Assembly: GCA_002633005.1 (NCBI GenBank)
Contig: NMRA01000124.1
Location: 389,814 to 453,813, forward strand
Reading direction: 5' to 3'
DNA: 64,000 nucleotides
From: Phoronis australis
Taxonomy: Eukaryota; Animalia; Phoronida
In this document: in pieces, positions 24,587 to 37,591 of the stretch
How positions within the stretch are numbered: position 1 is the first letter of the stretch
Layout of the letters: each line of letters starts with the position of its first letter
Notes under the pieces: generated by a model
Database searches by the model: none
What the model was told of the DNA's origin: nothing
Seen by the model: only the letters and a program-made list of their open reading frames with translations
Made by a program: the position numbers and the translations under genes

Positions 24587-27500
24587 GCTAAACTCATTGT
24601 TATACCTGTACCTTTGTTTAACGCGGTTACAATCTTGCCTTCCATCCCAAAGATCAAATTTGCTTAAATAAAATTGGACTCAAGTTTTCGTGAGTCTAAT
24701 TTGAGGTGACCTTAGAGCATCAAAAGTACTGCCGAGAGTTTGATATTGCTCGAGCCCAGGTCTTACTAAACAGATTGTCATAACTTGTTATTTTTGCGCC
24801 GAGTATGGCCTCAAGGACCAATGAACTCTCAGTTCTTTGCAAGCCAAGACATCACGTCTTAGCTAATAGTAAAGAACAAGTTGAGACCAACTTTATGGAG
24901 GTAAGAGGTCCATAATGAAAAGTTCACTTCTCTGGACGGAACCAGTGTGTTAATTGCCACTTTAAAACGTTTCTATGTAGGCCTATAATGTACTTCTATG
25001 TCTATCTAAGCCTAGATATAATAATTCGTTTTCTGGGCCACTTCTTTGTATTATTATTGTTTTGACTTATATTTGTCTTGCAATAAAATGTATTAGGCCT
25101 CGAAGAATGAGCTAAAGAATTTTATATTATCCCATTTTAAGAAAACCAATAAGAGCTTCGGTCATAGGCGTTGAAAGATTTGTATCTGTGGGAGGGCGAA
25201 CCAAATTTGAGCGCATATTCCCTCCCCTCGGCCGACTCCGTCAGTTTTGCCTGTCACTCGCTTTTATCTATATTTAACACCCATTTTTACCTTCACCTGC
25301 ACCACGTCGACAGCAATTTTATTCCTTTCCCGACAGCAATTTTTCTTCAGCTTACTTCCACTCCCTCTTTTGCTGCATTAGCAGGGACGTAATATCAACA
25401 TTATTGACGAGGTAGCACAAACTAATTTAATTATGTCAAACTTTTGCCCACATTGCTCCTATCGCAACCACTTCAGCTCCATGTTGGTTATCGTCGACTG
25501 TCACACACACTTCCTCACACATATGCCGTGCTGACTTTTTTGGAGGCACCAAATTTCACAAGAAAGGGTAACCATTTAGACGTGTCAGCACGTCTCCAGA
25601 TTGGGTAGAATTTTGACCTTTATGGGGCATGTTTTATGAATTTCAAAGATTTCATTAGAGTGTCATAACTGTGTCACGCCGTTGATGAAGAGCGCACCGC
25701 TCAAATCGTGGGGAATATTTTAATGTATTTTAGTACCGACGATCGTCATTTTATTTTACTATTTTGTAATCTTACGCTGCAACACTGTTTACAAATCCGT
25801 AATCACATTATGTTTTTGGCAATTCCTGGTGGGATGAACGTAGACATGACGGGCAACTTGCAGAGTGGCGGAGACGGTGCATCCCATGTGGGTCTGGTGA
25901 CACTCCGCCGACATCAATTTTGGTTCTTTTCAGCGGTAGCCTGTACAATGTTAGGTCATCGAAAATCACAGTCTTGATAAGTTTCGTAAAAATATTGCTA
26001 TTCTTTGGGTTTTTTGGAAAAGGTAGTTATATATAAAACATCGACTATATTGCCTTTGTGCAATTCACAAACAATGGTCTTTAAGTTATGTTATCTTTCG
26101 ATTCCGGTCAATGCTTTATGCTTTTTGTCTTTCGGATCACCTCTCTTAACGGAATGTGCGATTTCCAACGTGAGGAGAGAGAAAATTGATTCCTTCATTG
26201 ACAAACCATGTGTGAGTGGCCCCTTGAAATGACATAAACAAGAACGATTAAGAGCTTCTTTCTTCATACAGTCAATGAGAAACGTAAAAATTACATTTTC
26301 GGCAACGGGTTCTACAGCCTTTGCCAAACTAATACTGGGAGTGGTTTGGACGCGTGACGTCATTCTTACAGGCCGTGGACACATTTATCGGTCGTCTCGT
26401 CGGCTTGCAGTGCGCTGCAACGCCGTAGGTATCTGGCAACGGCCAATGTCTCTATTCATGCAGGAGAAGCTTGTACTTGAGATGGGATTTATATCAAATG
26501 GTAATATAATTGCAAAAAATCGGAAAAGAGGGTTAGGCCTACTTCATTATTCTTTGCCACAGAGAATTCCCTGAACAAATGCAACTTTAAATTTACAGAA
26601 AATTTGTTTTTCTGAATTTAAGAATCTGTCAGTTTGCAATGGAAAATCTTTGGATAACATTTTTTGAATTTTTTGAAGGGTGAAAGAAATATTTAATACT
26701 GGGGATCCTAGAGCAAGTCCGATGTCCTGTCCAGGGCACCCAAATGGTAAATCGAGTACCGATGGTAGACAAAGTCTCTTGGCAGTCTTTTATCGCTTTT
26801 CTGTACTGCACCGCCAGTTGTCCTGCGAAATTCGATACGAAAATTTCAACCTCTCGCCTTTAAAGTATTGGGAGCCACGCAACTTCCTGCTCCCCGCTTC
26901 CTACGCCCCTGTTTAGTGGAGCGAGGTGGGACTGTTTTCAATTTCATGGGAGAGGGCGCTACCCCTGTTCTCTGCTTCCTACGCCAGTGCACCAGGTGAC
27001 TATACAGTTTCGTCCACGAGTTGGCTCACCAAGAACTGCGGAACGTGGAAGTCATTATATTTCGTGAGTGCGGACAAAATGGATTGCCAATGAGACACAA
27101 TAAGGGAAGCAAAAGAAAATAGGCCTACCCAAAGCAGAAATGGTCACTTGGCGACAGCTTTGATGCCCCATATTATAAGATAATGTCATGCTTTGTTCAT
27201 CTGAAATTACTGTCTTTGATGCTAGCTAGCTATTTACATGTGGAGATAATCTGACCGGGTCTAATTGCAAGATACTACACGCGAGAGTTGGCTTACTAAG
27301 TAAATGGAGTAAATACATTCTGCTTTGGTCTCTTTGCATATTGAAGTTTTATTCTAAAAGAACAAGAATCATTATGACTTGAACACTTAAAATGCACATT
27401 TTTGTAAGTCCATCATATTTGAATTTTGCATATTTATCATGCTTTTTGTGTATGAAAAAGAAATATTAATACACGACCACCAAATTTCATGTCCCTTACA

Positions 27501-28909
27501 TGGAGTCTTAAAATTGCTCAGACTGTTTTTCTAATGTCTTGGAGATCACCAAAACGTACCCAATGCCCGAAACCCATGTATTTTTCAAGAAATGGTGACC
27601 ATCATTAATTTCCGAATACTAATAAATGAAACCCCGCACTTTATATTTGAAACACCCGTAGACGACAGATACCTTTTTCATACCTCATTTACTGAGAAAC
27701 TTCGTTGCTGTAGCCTACTGGAGAAGGAGCTAGGCGTCAACCACACATAAAGGGACACTCTACAGCTATTTTGGGTTCGCTTTTGTTGTTTGAAAATCAA
27801 CACGGTGCTTGCCTATATGACATCTGTGCTACTGACAGTCAGACCCTGCGCTGTTGTCAAGACATATTGTATGTCAGTGGCCCATAATGACAGCGTACGG
27901 TCATATAGGTTAGCCCGTAGTATCTTGATGTATTATTGTGTGCTCGCTTGTTTCGGAAGCGTAGCGAACAGTTGGAACAATATTTGACACGTTTCGTAAA
28001 GACCAGGAAAGGTTCGACAGTGTCTAGCCAACTGTTTCTTAAAGGAATGGCGCAGTGAACATGGTCACGTGATGTTAGTTCACCAAGTGAAGGTTTGTTT
28101 TGTTTATGTAGTTTGCAGTGTAGCACCCAGGTGTATCTTCTTTTCATAGTGTATCTTGTGTGCCCCTTATATTTTATTGAGCTTTTGTCTTTGACCCATT
28201 GTTGTGGAGAATGTACAATGTATTCAGATTGACCATGGGTGTGATACTCACCAGCTGCATTAGTTTTAAGACAGTGTTATGAGACGGATGTTAGGTTCGG
28301 GCAGCCATAGAGCTTCACATTCTATAAGTTGAAATTTTGTTATTTTGTTTTCTCTTATACTGTGTAAAGTTAACTTGAATTTGGTCAGTAAGGTGCTTAT
28401 TTTGTTTAGTCTGCAAATGGCTTGACTGCCAGTGTAGCTACTCTTTATAGCTTTTGCTGTTTGGCCAGTGTGGAATGCTGCCTGGTATGCAGTGTCAGCT
28501 TGGTAGATTTTGATATCTCGTTGAATGTACTTGTGTTGTTTTTTCAGTAAACATATATGTGGAAAACCTGCCTTTCTGTATTCCTTCCAAAGCAACTCGA
28601 GTCTGAGTGCCTGTTTAGTGGAGTTTGGTGGTCGCCGTTTTTCGAGTATTACTTGAGTGAGTACAATTTGAAGAAACGGTTTCTGAGCGAAGTTGGATGC
28701 TCACGAGTCCCGACCTTTAATCTTTCACAATGCGTGTTGACTTTATTGCGAATCAGCCCTTGCTTTGAAAGGTCACGACAATGATTATAATTTCCAGTTC
28801 GCCCAGAATGGAAATTTATTTTAACTTTAATAAAGATCCATAACAGAAACTTTACACCCATAAAAGAAGAAATCAGACAAGTATTGAATGACATCCAACT
28901 TCATATCGT

Positions 28910-29150
28910 TGCGAGTGTTTAGATGCGAGTGTTTAAATGCGAGTGTTTAAATGAGAGTGTTTAAAAGCGAGTGTTTAAATGAGAGTGTTTAAATGCGAGT
29001 GTTTAAATGTGAGTGTTTAAAACGACTTGTACTTTTCCTGTTATGTGTGCATGTGTAAATAGATTGCTGTATTTTGTCAAAATATTTTTTTACATGGATA
29101 TTCGTAGAATTCACTTTAAACACTCGCATTTAAATACTCGCATTTAAACA
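28910..29150. repeat. 14-bp tandem array (gcgagtgtttaaat x ~8) with inverted copies (x ~3)
   Basis: Direct units 28910-29022; reverse-complement units tttaaacactcgca at ~29115-29150. Confidence 0.85.
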
Positions 29151-29174
29151 CAAGCCCTTTTACAAGGAATAAAT

Positions 29175-29560
29175 AAATACAGAAATATTCGACAAGGAAT
29201 CATTCGGAACGACAGACTTATTCAGTACAGAATTATTTAATACAGAATTATTCGGTACAGAATTATCTGGTACAAAATTATTCGGTTTAGAATTATTTGG
29301 TACAGAATCATTCGGTACAAAATTTTTCGGAAAAGAATTATTCGGTACAGGTTATTCAGTACAGAATAATTCAATACCGAATTATTTGGTGCAGAATTAT
29401 CTGTTACATAATTATTAGATACCGAATTATTCGGTACAGAATTAATCGTTAGAGAATTATTCGTGACAGAATTATTCGATATCGAATTATTTGGTACAGA
29501 AATATTCGATACAGAATCATTCGGTAAAAAATATTCGGTGCAAAATTATTTGAGACAGGA
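29175..29560. repeat. 15-bp satellite (tacagaattattcgg), roughly 24 degenerate copies
   Basis: Visible 15-nt periodicity. Confidence 0.9.
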
Positions 29561-29782
29561 TCCATTTTAGTTTAGCAGAAAGTTGAGGAATCAACCAAAA
29601 TTTAATAAAACGTTTAGACATATTAGATCAAAGTGAATATTTCCAGTCTGATTCTCCGGAGTTTTATCTTCCTGACTACGTGTACCGTGAATATATCGAA
29701 GTCTGGACATAGAGTATGTATTGACAATATTTCTGTTCCTTTCTAAAGTTATGCAATCCAAATAAGCCAAAGACGAACAGTA

Positions 29783-30265
29783 GTGCCCGTTTTACCAAAG
29801 GTCGTAAGCCCGATCTTAGCTAAAACAGGCAAATCTTTGATTTTAATTTGCACGCAGGTCATGCAAAGGATCGTCTACAAGATGTACTAAAATAATTTTC
29901 CCATCCAGTTCTCTGAAACAAAATAATGACCTGTATAAATTTATACAACACTCAAAAGCTTGGAGGAAAATGTGAAAACTCCTTTTAGCGAATTACTCGG
30001 CAAGTGTTGAAAAAGGCCACACGCCATGGAACACGATATTCACTTTGTGGGATACGGGGTACTATTTTTTAGTTGATTCCTGCCTTTAACTTGGAAGATT
30101 GGCGGCCAATGACGAATTAACATGTGAGAGAACGAAGATTGGTCGAAATCATCGAAACAACAGGGTCTAGTATCAGAAACGTATTCGCACTTTTAAAAAC
30201 GCAGTATCGTATTTGCAATCGTGGGTGCGACCATCTTAGCCACGACTAATGATAAAACAGGGTCC
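29783..30265. mobile_element. Probable MITE
   Basis: Imperfect inverted ends gtgcccgttttaccaaaggtcgta / cacgactaatgataaaacagggtcc. Confidence 0.45.
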
Positions 30266-30978
30266 ACAGACCTACGTTTCAATTGTGTCGATAAAAATAA
30301 TCTATTGATATATGGGCGTCTGCTTTTAGAATTTTTGTCATTACGGCACATTATTATTTCTTGTTACAAACAGATAACTTTAAAACGCCTCATGTCAAAG
30401 AGGTAATAATTTCTAAAATGACTTAAAATGTCGTGTTCAATGAAAAGCTGAAGCACGGTGAAAACGGAAAATGCGTTACCAAATGACTGTGCTGTGGCTT
30501 GCCCATGACGTACGAGATAAAGCCCCAGTGCACCATCACGTATCTCCATCTAGCGTTCATGTTAAGAATAAGTTCATTTCCGTGACTGAGGGTACATATG
30601 ATGTTAACTCTGGTCCCTTTCCCCCCAAAGCTCAGAGCTCGAGGTCTAATCTACGTACATGTACTCGAAGCTCAACTAGAAAATTGATCATTTGCGCCGC
30701 ACTCTTCGAATACACCCACACATCTGCACACAAATCAGGTTAAATTTCGAGTATAGTCTGTACAAGTTCATTGATTAGACCTTGGGCCCTGAAATCACTT
30801 AAGATTAGAGTAAGGTAGAGGTTAACTACCTAAGAAATCTAAACAAAAAATCCGTGCTTTAGACATAGAAAACAGAAAAACAAAAATCGTCAAATGTGGT
30901 GATATACGGACACTCAAAACACTTTTAGGTGCAAGAGCAATGTGCCTGAAAAAATGATTTGTCGCTGGCAAGATGTCG

Positions 30979-32052
30979 CTACCAGCACTCAAGAGGGAGG
31001 GCAAACCTGAGATGTTTTACCATAACTATTTCCATAATGGCAATTTCGTCTTTGTAATCTATACACCTCTTGACGTCATTGTTGCTTTTAATTTCATCCA
31101 TTATCCAAGCGTCTTCCATATACAATAGCGCTGTTCGACAGGTCTTTCTTTGTCTGTTCCAAATGACCCCAACGTCGGAGAAAACTCCAAATAATTCTCC
31201 CTCGTCTTTCCTATTGTAAACTACGACCTTGTCAAATAACGCAAAATCCTCGTCTCCTCTCATTGCTTTACGGATAGAGTTAAGAAAAATTTCCTGATCA
31301 GGAACACCGTCGTCGCATACCTGTGAACAAGGTGTTTTTAAAACAACGTGATTATCCGGCGAAGAATTCGATTCATTGATGTTTTCACTAGGGCTAGCGT
31401 GCAATTCGCACAGAAAAATATTCAATCCATGGACCCCGCCACTGACACAATTTGAACATTTCCTTATTCCGTCACCCCTTCCGCCATTCAATCCTTTTTC
31501 AGAAGTTATTTTAAACATTTGATGTTCGGTGTTAACGTCGTTAATCTGGGGATCTTCTTGGTCGTGGTTGTGATGAAAAATGCCAGAAGAAAGGCTATTC
31601 TGTTCACGTAAAGAAGAGGAAAAATTGTTCTGGTGAGTTAAATGTGTGCAACCGGACGTTAAATTCACCAGATCCTTCTCAGGACGGTAATAAATGACAA
31701 GCTTTGCTCTAGGTTCCCTACATGGTCCTACAATTTTGTAGTGGAAATGGTCTATTGCGAATTTCTTGCCTGTAATCCGTTTCATTAGTTGGAAAACTCT
31801 TTGCGGCATATGTACACTTCGGCTATTCTTACTGGAGGTATCGTAGTTAAGAGAACAAATCGATGCCTCCGAGAAATTTGCGACAGAATTACGATTCTCC
31901 ATCATGCGCTTTTTGAAATACAGTATTAACCTTATCTCATTTTCGCTTGCATTGTTCGCGAACCAGTAGTTTTCGATGACAAGGTATTGCTTCTGAAGAT
32001 CTTCAAGTACTCCATACATCCTCTTTGGGAACAAAGGCAGGCTAGACTGCAT
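30979..32052 (-). CDS. Intronless 357-aa ORF of unknown function
   Basis: Longest ORF in the window: 1074 nt open in AT-rich DNA, A at -3 of ATG. Globular-looking N- and C-terminal parts, N/S/H-rich linker, CSNC...CELH motif. No family recognised. Confidence 0.6.
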   Translation of the reverse strand: MQSSLPLFPKRMYGVLEDLQKQYLVIENYWFANNASENEIRLILYFKKRMMENRNSVANFSEASICSLNYDTSSKNSRSVHMPQRVFQLMKRITGKKFAIDHFHYKIVGPCREPRAKLVIYYRPEKDLVNLTSGCTHLTHQNNFSSSLREQNSLSSGIFHHNHDQEDPQINDVNTEHQMFKITSEKGLNGGRGDGIRKCSNCVSGGVHGLNIFLCELHASPSENINESNSSPDNHVVLKTPCSQVCDDGVPDQEIFLNSIRKAMRGDEDFALFDKVVVYNRKDEGELFGVFSDVGVIWNRQRKTCRTALLYMEDAWIMDEIKSNNDVKRCIDYKDEIAIMEIVMVKHLRFALPLECW

Positions 32053-32690
32053 ATTATACTTTAACAGCTCTCAACGAGACGAACTATCCTTACACTTTTT
32101 TCTTTTCGTGCTTTTGACGTTTTAAATTGTTTACCCTAACAATGGTTTTACACGTCACTTAGAATTTACCTAAACATCATTCAAGAATGAATGGGCTCAC
32201 CGGAGACAGCCCAAGAGTTATTATCTCTGTGGCGAAGGATGTTAAAGTTGTATCTCCGATGAGTTGCCAGCAGTCACTGGTACGGTGCGCGGATTTAGAC
32301 GCTCTGCGGGTGGGTTTAAGATCTTTTATAGGCCTAACTATCCCCAATTCTCGTACCAGGATGAATTTCAAAAATATCTTGACTTGTTTGCGTCAGATGT
32401 GATGTGCGACGTCTATGTTGAAAGTGCGCCATACTTTTTAATGTCGGGGATGACGAAGTAGCTGATTGAAAAGGGTTCTCTGTTGAGTCATGATGGTGAA
32501 TAGTTTCACCTCTTCTTTGCGTTTCAATCACTGGCTTAGAAAGGTTGCAGAGTTGACATTCTGTAAATTGGTTGTTGTTTCTTGATAAATATATCGTATA
32601 GCTACATCTGAGAGCTGTCTGAGAGGCCGTTTGGTATGTTTGTTTTTTGATTTCTTTGGGAACATCGAGGAAATTCATTAGCTTCTTTAA

Positions 32691-34487
32691 GGTACGTGTA
32701 TACACTGATCAAATCTCCAGGTTCCTAACTAAAATGAGTAAAAAGGGAGTTTTAATGGTTAGACATGACTCTGAAAGTGATAAAAATCGAAAAAAAGTTT
32801 TTTTGTAGTTCGTTTTTTTTTAAATCGTATTTTTTAATTTTCAAAAAATCCAATTTTACCTCGAATTTCTTTTAAAAATGCACAGGGATCATCATCAACT
32901 GTTTCCTTACGCAATATTCTACTTATCCATACCAAATATATGTACATATGGCATTTTTTGTGTGTGAGTTGGGGCAAGCACGCCACTTTTTGTCATTTGG
33001 TCACTTTCCGTCTAATAACTAAAAATCTGGTCCATTTATCAAAAAACCCTGGCACACGATTTTACTTCAGTCTTAGAGGATTTCAAATTTGCAACTTTCG
33101 TAAAAATTGACCCACGTTTTGTGGAAAAATAGGCCCGAGAATCTTGTCACTATCCTGAAATCACGAGCCGAGAAAAACGGCTTTTGAATTTAAGCGGTCA
33201 TCGATTGCCACTTGAGATCAAATTTCGTTCAGAATGCGTGGTCATTATGTTCCAATTTTTGTTGAAGTACAAGAAAATGTGACATACCTGTTTGTTTACA
33301 TCGTAATTTTAATCATTTTTTCGAACTTGTGAAGCACGACAGACGACCAAAACAAATATGTCTGTCACGTGGGCGGAGCTTAGCGTTAATCTGTTGTCTG
33401 CTGTACTGGTGTACCGACCACACATTTAAACCATCGAACTCTCCACTCAGTTAGTAAAAGACTCTCTAACTATATTACACAGACCTATTTGTTAGTATTC
33501 CAATATTATCATTAACCAATATGTTAAATCAAATCGCCGCGTTCCTGCCTACATAACAATATTGGCGACGAGGATAAAGAACTACTTTCATAGTAATGGT
33601 TCAACATTTTTACGTGCCTGTACCGAATGGACTTTGGGATAAGAAAATATCACTGTCTGCGCAAAAAGCGCCGCTTGGGTGAGATTCTCAAGTTACTAAA
33701 GGTTCTTATATTGCTCTCCCCTAAAATCGTTGAATCTATGCACTAGAAAAATTTTGTTATGTTGAACACTGGGTCATTTCTCTAATTCTTTGGGTTACAG
33801 CCAGTGGCAAATTAAAAAATCCTCTGGGTTTGACAGTCTAGTTTCTCCAAGGCGCGTTCCCAGCACAGAAGCACGATTTATCCGCGAAGACTACTCTGAC
33901 GGCATGTAGTTGTCCATGTGTCGCGCGCGCGGCTTGTCTTCACAGCGCGTGCATGCACTCTCACCGAATCGTGCACCACCCACGTCGACACTCAGCGTCC
34001 TCTCGCAAGACACCTGACCTTATAGTACCGACTTCTCTTATACATGCACAATTTCTGCACGGACTTCTCAAGCCGAGTGGAGTGATGGCTTCGGTAGGGC
34101 TTGGCGTACTCAACTTAATTTTTTTTGCAGATAGACAAACAGGCTCAGGTTCGGAACAGTAGCTAGTTCACCATTTCACTACCAACTTTCACATGGTCGC
34201 TGGTACAGCACTCTCGATTGCCCGGTTACGCAATGCTTGTTGACAGGGTTAGATTAGAGCTAGTGTCCTTGTATATAAGCTCCGCCCCAGTTGTCAATCA
34301 CTGAGCTGGTGAGCACTCAAGCCATATGACTTACTGAGGCTTGGTCAAATATAGCTAAAAAAAACAACTTTGGATTTTCAGAATGATTTTATTTTTCTTC
34401 AGTATACTGTGCATCAAGAATTAAAGATTAGGATGACATAAAAATGTAAAAAACAGTCAAAATTAATTTTTTGTGTATCCACCTACC
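32691..34487. mobile_element. Non-autonomous TTAA-targeting DNA transposon (Kolobok-like termini)
   Basis: TTAA duplicated at 32687-32690 and 34488-34491. TIRs GGTACGTGTATACAC vs GGTAGGTGGATACAC (13/15). Removing it restores the HERO reading frame. Confidence 0.8.
33363..33575 (+). mobile_element. LTR-retrotransposon remnant: short LTR plus primer-binding site
   Basis: ...CATAACA followed closely by TGGCGACGAGGAT (33563-33575), complementary to the 3' end of tRNA-Ser(GCT) (ATCCTCGTCG-CCA). Left LTR boundary (TGTCACG) is uncertain. Confidence 0.55.
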
Positions 34488-34944
34488 TTAATGATTTGTA
34501 GATGAAGCGTCTACTGCCGACTTCAACAGGGAACAGGACTGTTTGCCATGCATTTTTACATTCTTCGACGAAATTTGTGTATTTCATTCTTTTCCTCAGG
34601 TGTGCTGATTCCATATTGTTTCTACTGGTATTGTAAGTGCTATTAAAACTGCTCTTTTTGCCTGAATTGACCATAACACAATGTCAGGTCTTAATGCCGA
34701 ATCTGTTATTTCAGATGGGAATATAAGAGGCGTTTCTGTACAATCTTTAATTAGTTTCCAATACAGGTAAATAAAACAACAATAATGGATCAACAGAATT
34801 TTCAGAAATAATAACATCCTTCGTCAACAGATACAGAAATAAAGTAAAATCAAACACTATATGGCAATTGAGATCTAATATATGACGTAATGAACATGTT
34901 ATATTGTTGCGGAAAAAAATAAAGGATATAACTTAAGAAATTTT

Positions 34945-35345
34945 CATGTTCACTCCATTAGGTTCAGGTGTGCCAAGCCTATGTATCTAAAAGTGTTCTC
35001 TTTTGAGTCTGTGAGGGGTACTAGCGTATTGGAGTTCTTCTAGTATTTGAACAGAAAGATCTTGAAGATTATGGTTTTTGGAATTGAAATGATTACTTAT
35101 AGTATCAGAAATGTATTTGTGTACTATGTTAAACCTATGATTGCGAAACCGAGTTTGTAGATTATGTTGAGTTTGTTCTACGTATTGGATATAACATTTT
35201 CTACATGTTATTAGGTAAATGATATATTGTTGGTGGTGCAGTCTTATTTCGAAGTTTTCATTGCTTTGGGAAGACTGGAAGAAAGTACTGTCCTTGATGA
35301 AGTTACACATTTTGCATCAAGATTTGTTACATTGTATGTTGCCAA
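34945..35345 (-). mobile_element. Penelope-like element GIY-YIG endonuclease remnant
   Basis: IIYLITCRKCYIQYVEQT..LQTRFRNHR..ISNHFNSKNH..DLSVQILE..RLKREHF*IHRLGTPEPNGVN, typical of PLE GIY-YIG domains; the conserved Trp is a stop. Confidence 0.85.
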
Positions 35346-37585
35346 TAGGTTTGGTTTTTATTGGAAATAGGTTTTTTTAGATTTTTATATTTTCTCTAGC
35401 TGGATGAGGAAATAGGTTGTTTATTTATTGGTAACATACATGAAAAATTCAGTAAGAGATTTGTCTATAAACCATTCTAAAGTCAAAAGTCTTTGTTTAC
35501 TTACGCGCTAACTTTAAGGGGAGGCTTACGTGAACGCGTACAATGCGTTGTTTTGAAGAGGCATAAATTTAGGCTTACGTGAGCGTATCAGTGTATAGCG
35601 TGTTCCTGTAAAGAACACTATAAGGTTTCAGTGGAAAGAAATAGGGTTCTGACGTGCTACCATGATAACCAGAAAGGGTGGCTAATTGTTGAACAGTTAA
35701 AACGTTTCTTCGATTTGGAAACAGATATACCGCGATTTGTTGTCCAGACTCCATTGGAGAAACGAGATAGGGTTCGTCGTGACATACAATGCAACAATTG
35801 ACACCTACTGTTGACCCCGAGTGGCATTTAGAATCAGGGGCAAGTACAGAAATTTGTAAAGTCCAAAGGGAGGTTGCATCAAGTCGAACGGATTAAAGAT
35901 CCGGGAGATAGTTGGTGATGATGATGTTGACGGCAATGATGACAAGACTCCACTTTTAAATGAATTGTACATGTATGTACCGGGGGAAGCAAAGCATAAT
36001 TTTCTGTGCGGGGTGAACTGATGACACACACACACATCTCATGTTGTGCATAGGCACAACCGAAGTCAGCTTCGTTTGTGGGAGCGTTGATTTTGCAAAC
36101 ATGATTCTTGGGATATTGAAAGTGTTTTATAGTTCTTTACTAGAGATTATTTTCATTTTTGTAGATTAGAAGTCAACGAGTAGATTCAGTTATGTCCCTG
36201 TCAGCCCTAACATTTTTTGTTTCGTGGCTTAAATGTTAGTTTCCACGTATTCCAGGTTTGCAGAAAGGAGAAATCGGGGGTTCGAGATCAAAAAGGTCCA
36301 GAAAGTCATTTTTCCATGATTTCTAGACCAAACTCTATGTAAAATATTCTAAACACAAACTAATACATGTATTTCGAGGACAGTTTCCAACGTTGGAAAA
36401 CAGTTCATAGCACCTTCGGACAACTGATGGATTCTCAAATTGGTACTAGTTGGCCCTTTGATCTCTTTTGTACACTGACACCCGCTGGTGACACAGTATT
36501 TCCAAACGCAAAAGATCAGTGATTTGAGCACCTGGCATGGTTATGATCCAGGAATATCAAAATTAGAATTGTCCTTAACTAGTACTGGCTATGAGCATGC
36601 TGATTCTGAAAGGCTATATGTACACATCCGGATTTAGTCTGCTACTGATATTTTGAGTTGGACTTTTCTTCCCTCTCGTTACGTTTTTTTAAGTGTCACC
36701 TCTTCAATTCACTATGTTACTCGGATATTTGGTGACCTTTAATACAGTGCAGATCTACTAAGCTGCTTTTTCGCCTAGGCGACAACATGTGTCGATATCG
36801 ACGGTATATATTATCGTACTCGGGATGTATTGTCCCAGGGCTACAGCATGCTATCGTGTAATTAAAAAAAACTTGTCATGGCGGTTAGTTTAGTGTGCCG
36901 AGTAAGGTGTTTAAGTGTAACGAATCGTCAGCGTTTTGCAAGCCCAGAGGTAACTTCTGGTCCAGGTAAGGAACAATTTGAGACCAAATTTGTATTGCTA
37001 ACTGACCTTAATCAAAAGTTTAAGTTTTGACGGGAACGCGGTGTTGTCGACAGCCGCTCTTAAAATGGCAAAAACCACTCATGCCACCTAATCTAATATA
37101 GGCCCTACATCAAATTTGCGGAGTTCCCCTTTCCAGGAAATGATAATTTTCAACGTTAACTATTGTGGGTATATTAAAACTCAAATTTATACAAGAATAC
37201 GAATTACTTTTGTGTCATAAACCTGTGGCTAGTCATGTTTACGCCTGTAGTGAGTGTCAAAAACCGAAGGCTATACAGCAAGCCATTAGCGATTTGAACG
37301 AAACAAGCTATCACCAGAACACTGTGCAACGAAGACAAAGACCCTTCACGATGAATTGACATAGTGTTGTCTATTTATGTTTAGCAATCGTAATTTAGCT
37401 CATATCATTACTTATTTGAGGAGCTATTCATAAAAAAGTTTGCCAAAGAATTTTGAAATTCTTAGTGTTCCATTGTTGGCGTCATTCGGACACAACATAT
37501 TTCAAGTTACAGACGACGTTTTTGGTTCTCGTCAAACGAAGGTGCCAAGGTTACTTGTTCACTTCTTTAGCCAACAGCAAGACGA

Positions 37586-37591
37586 TTTATT
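37586..37591 (-). terminator. Candidate polyadenylation signal of gene B
   Basis: TTTATT on plus (AATAAA on minus) ~1.3 kb past gene B's stop in AT-rich sequence. Not verified. Confidence 0.3.

Larger units (their letters stand above)
32560..34760 (-). mobile_element. Degenerate HERO-like non-LTR retrotransposon RLE-endonuclease C-terminus, split by an insertion
   Basis: 34760-34488 encodes PLIFPSEITDSALRPDIVLWS...LTIP / ESAHLRKRMKY...FPVEVGSRRFIYKSL (with a frameshift). 32690-32560 continues in frame LKKLMNFLDVPKEIKKQTYQTASQTALRCSYTIYLSRNN. Matches RLE motifs RPD..ELT.P..K..KY..VEVG.RG. Confidence 0.8.

Noticed and set aside
25700-26920. Cluster of 60-100 aa ORFs in the spacer, possibly a decayed transposon
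   Set aside because: No coherent reading frame, recognisable motif or TIR pair that I could support.
28266-28894. ORFs possibly from the N-terminus of a Penelope/LINE element
   Set aside because: Lys-rich composition is suggestive, but no diagnostic motif was recognised.
32334-32705. 123-aa ORF as an independent gene
   Set aside because: It is a chimera: the start lies in the TIR of the inserted element and the body is the HERO C-terminal remnant.
34300-36100. Hammerhead ribozyme expected near Penelope elements
   Set aside because: No CTGA[TAC]GA...GAAA core with plausible stems found by eye; a covariance-model search would be needed.
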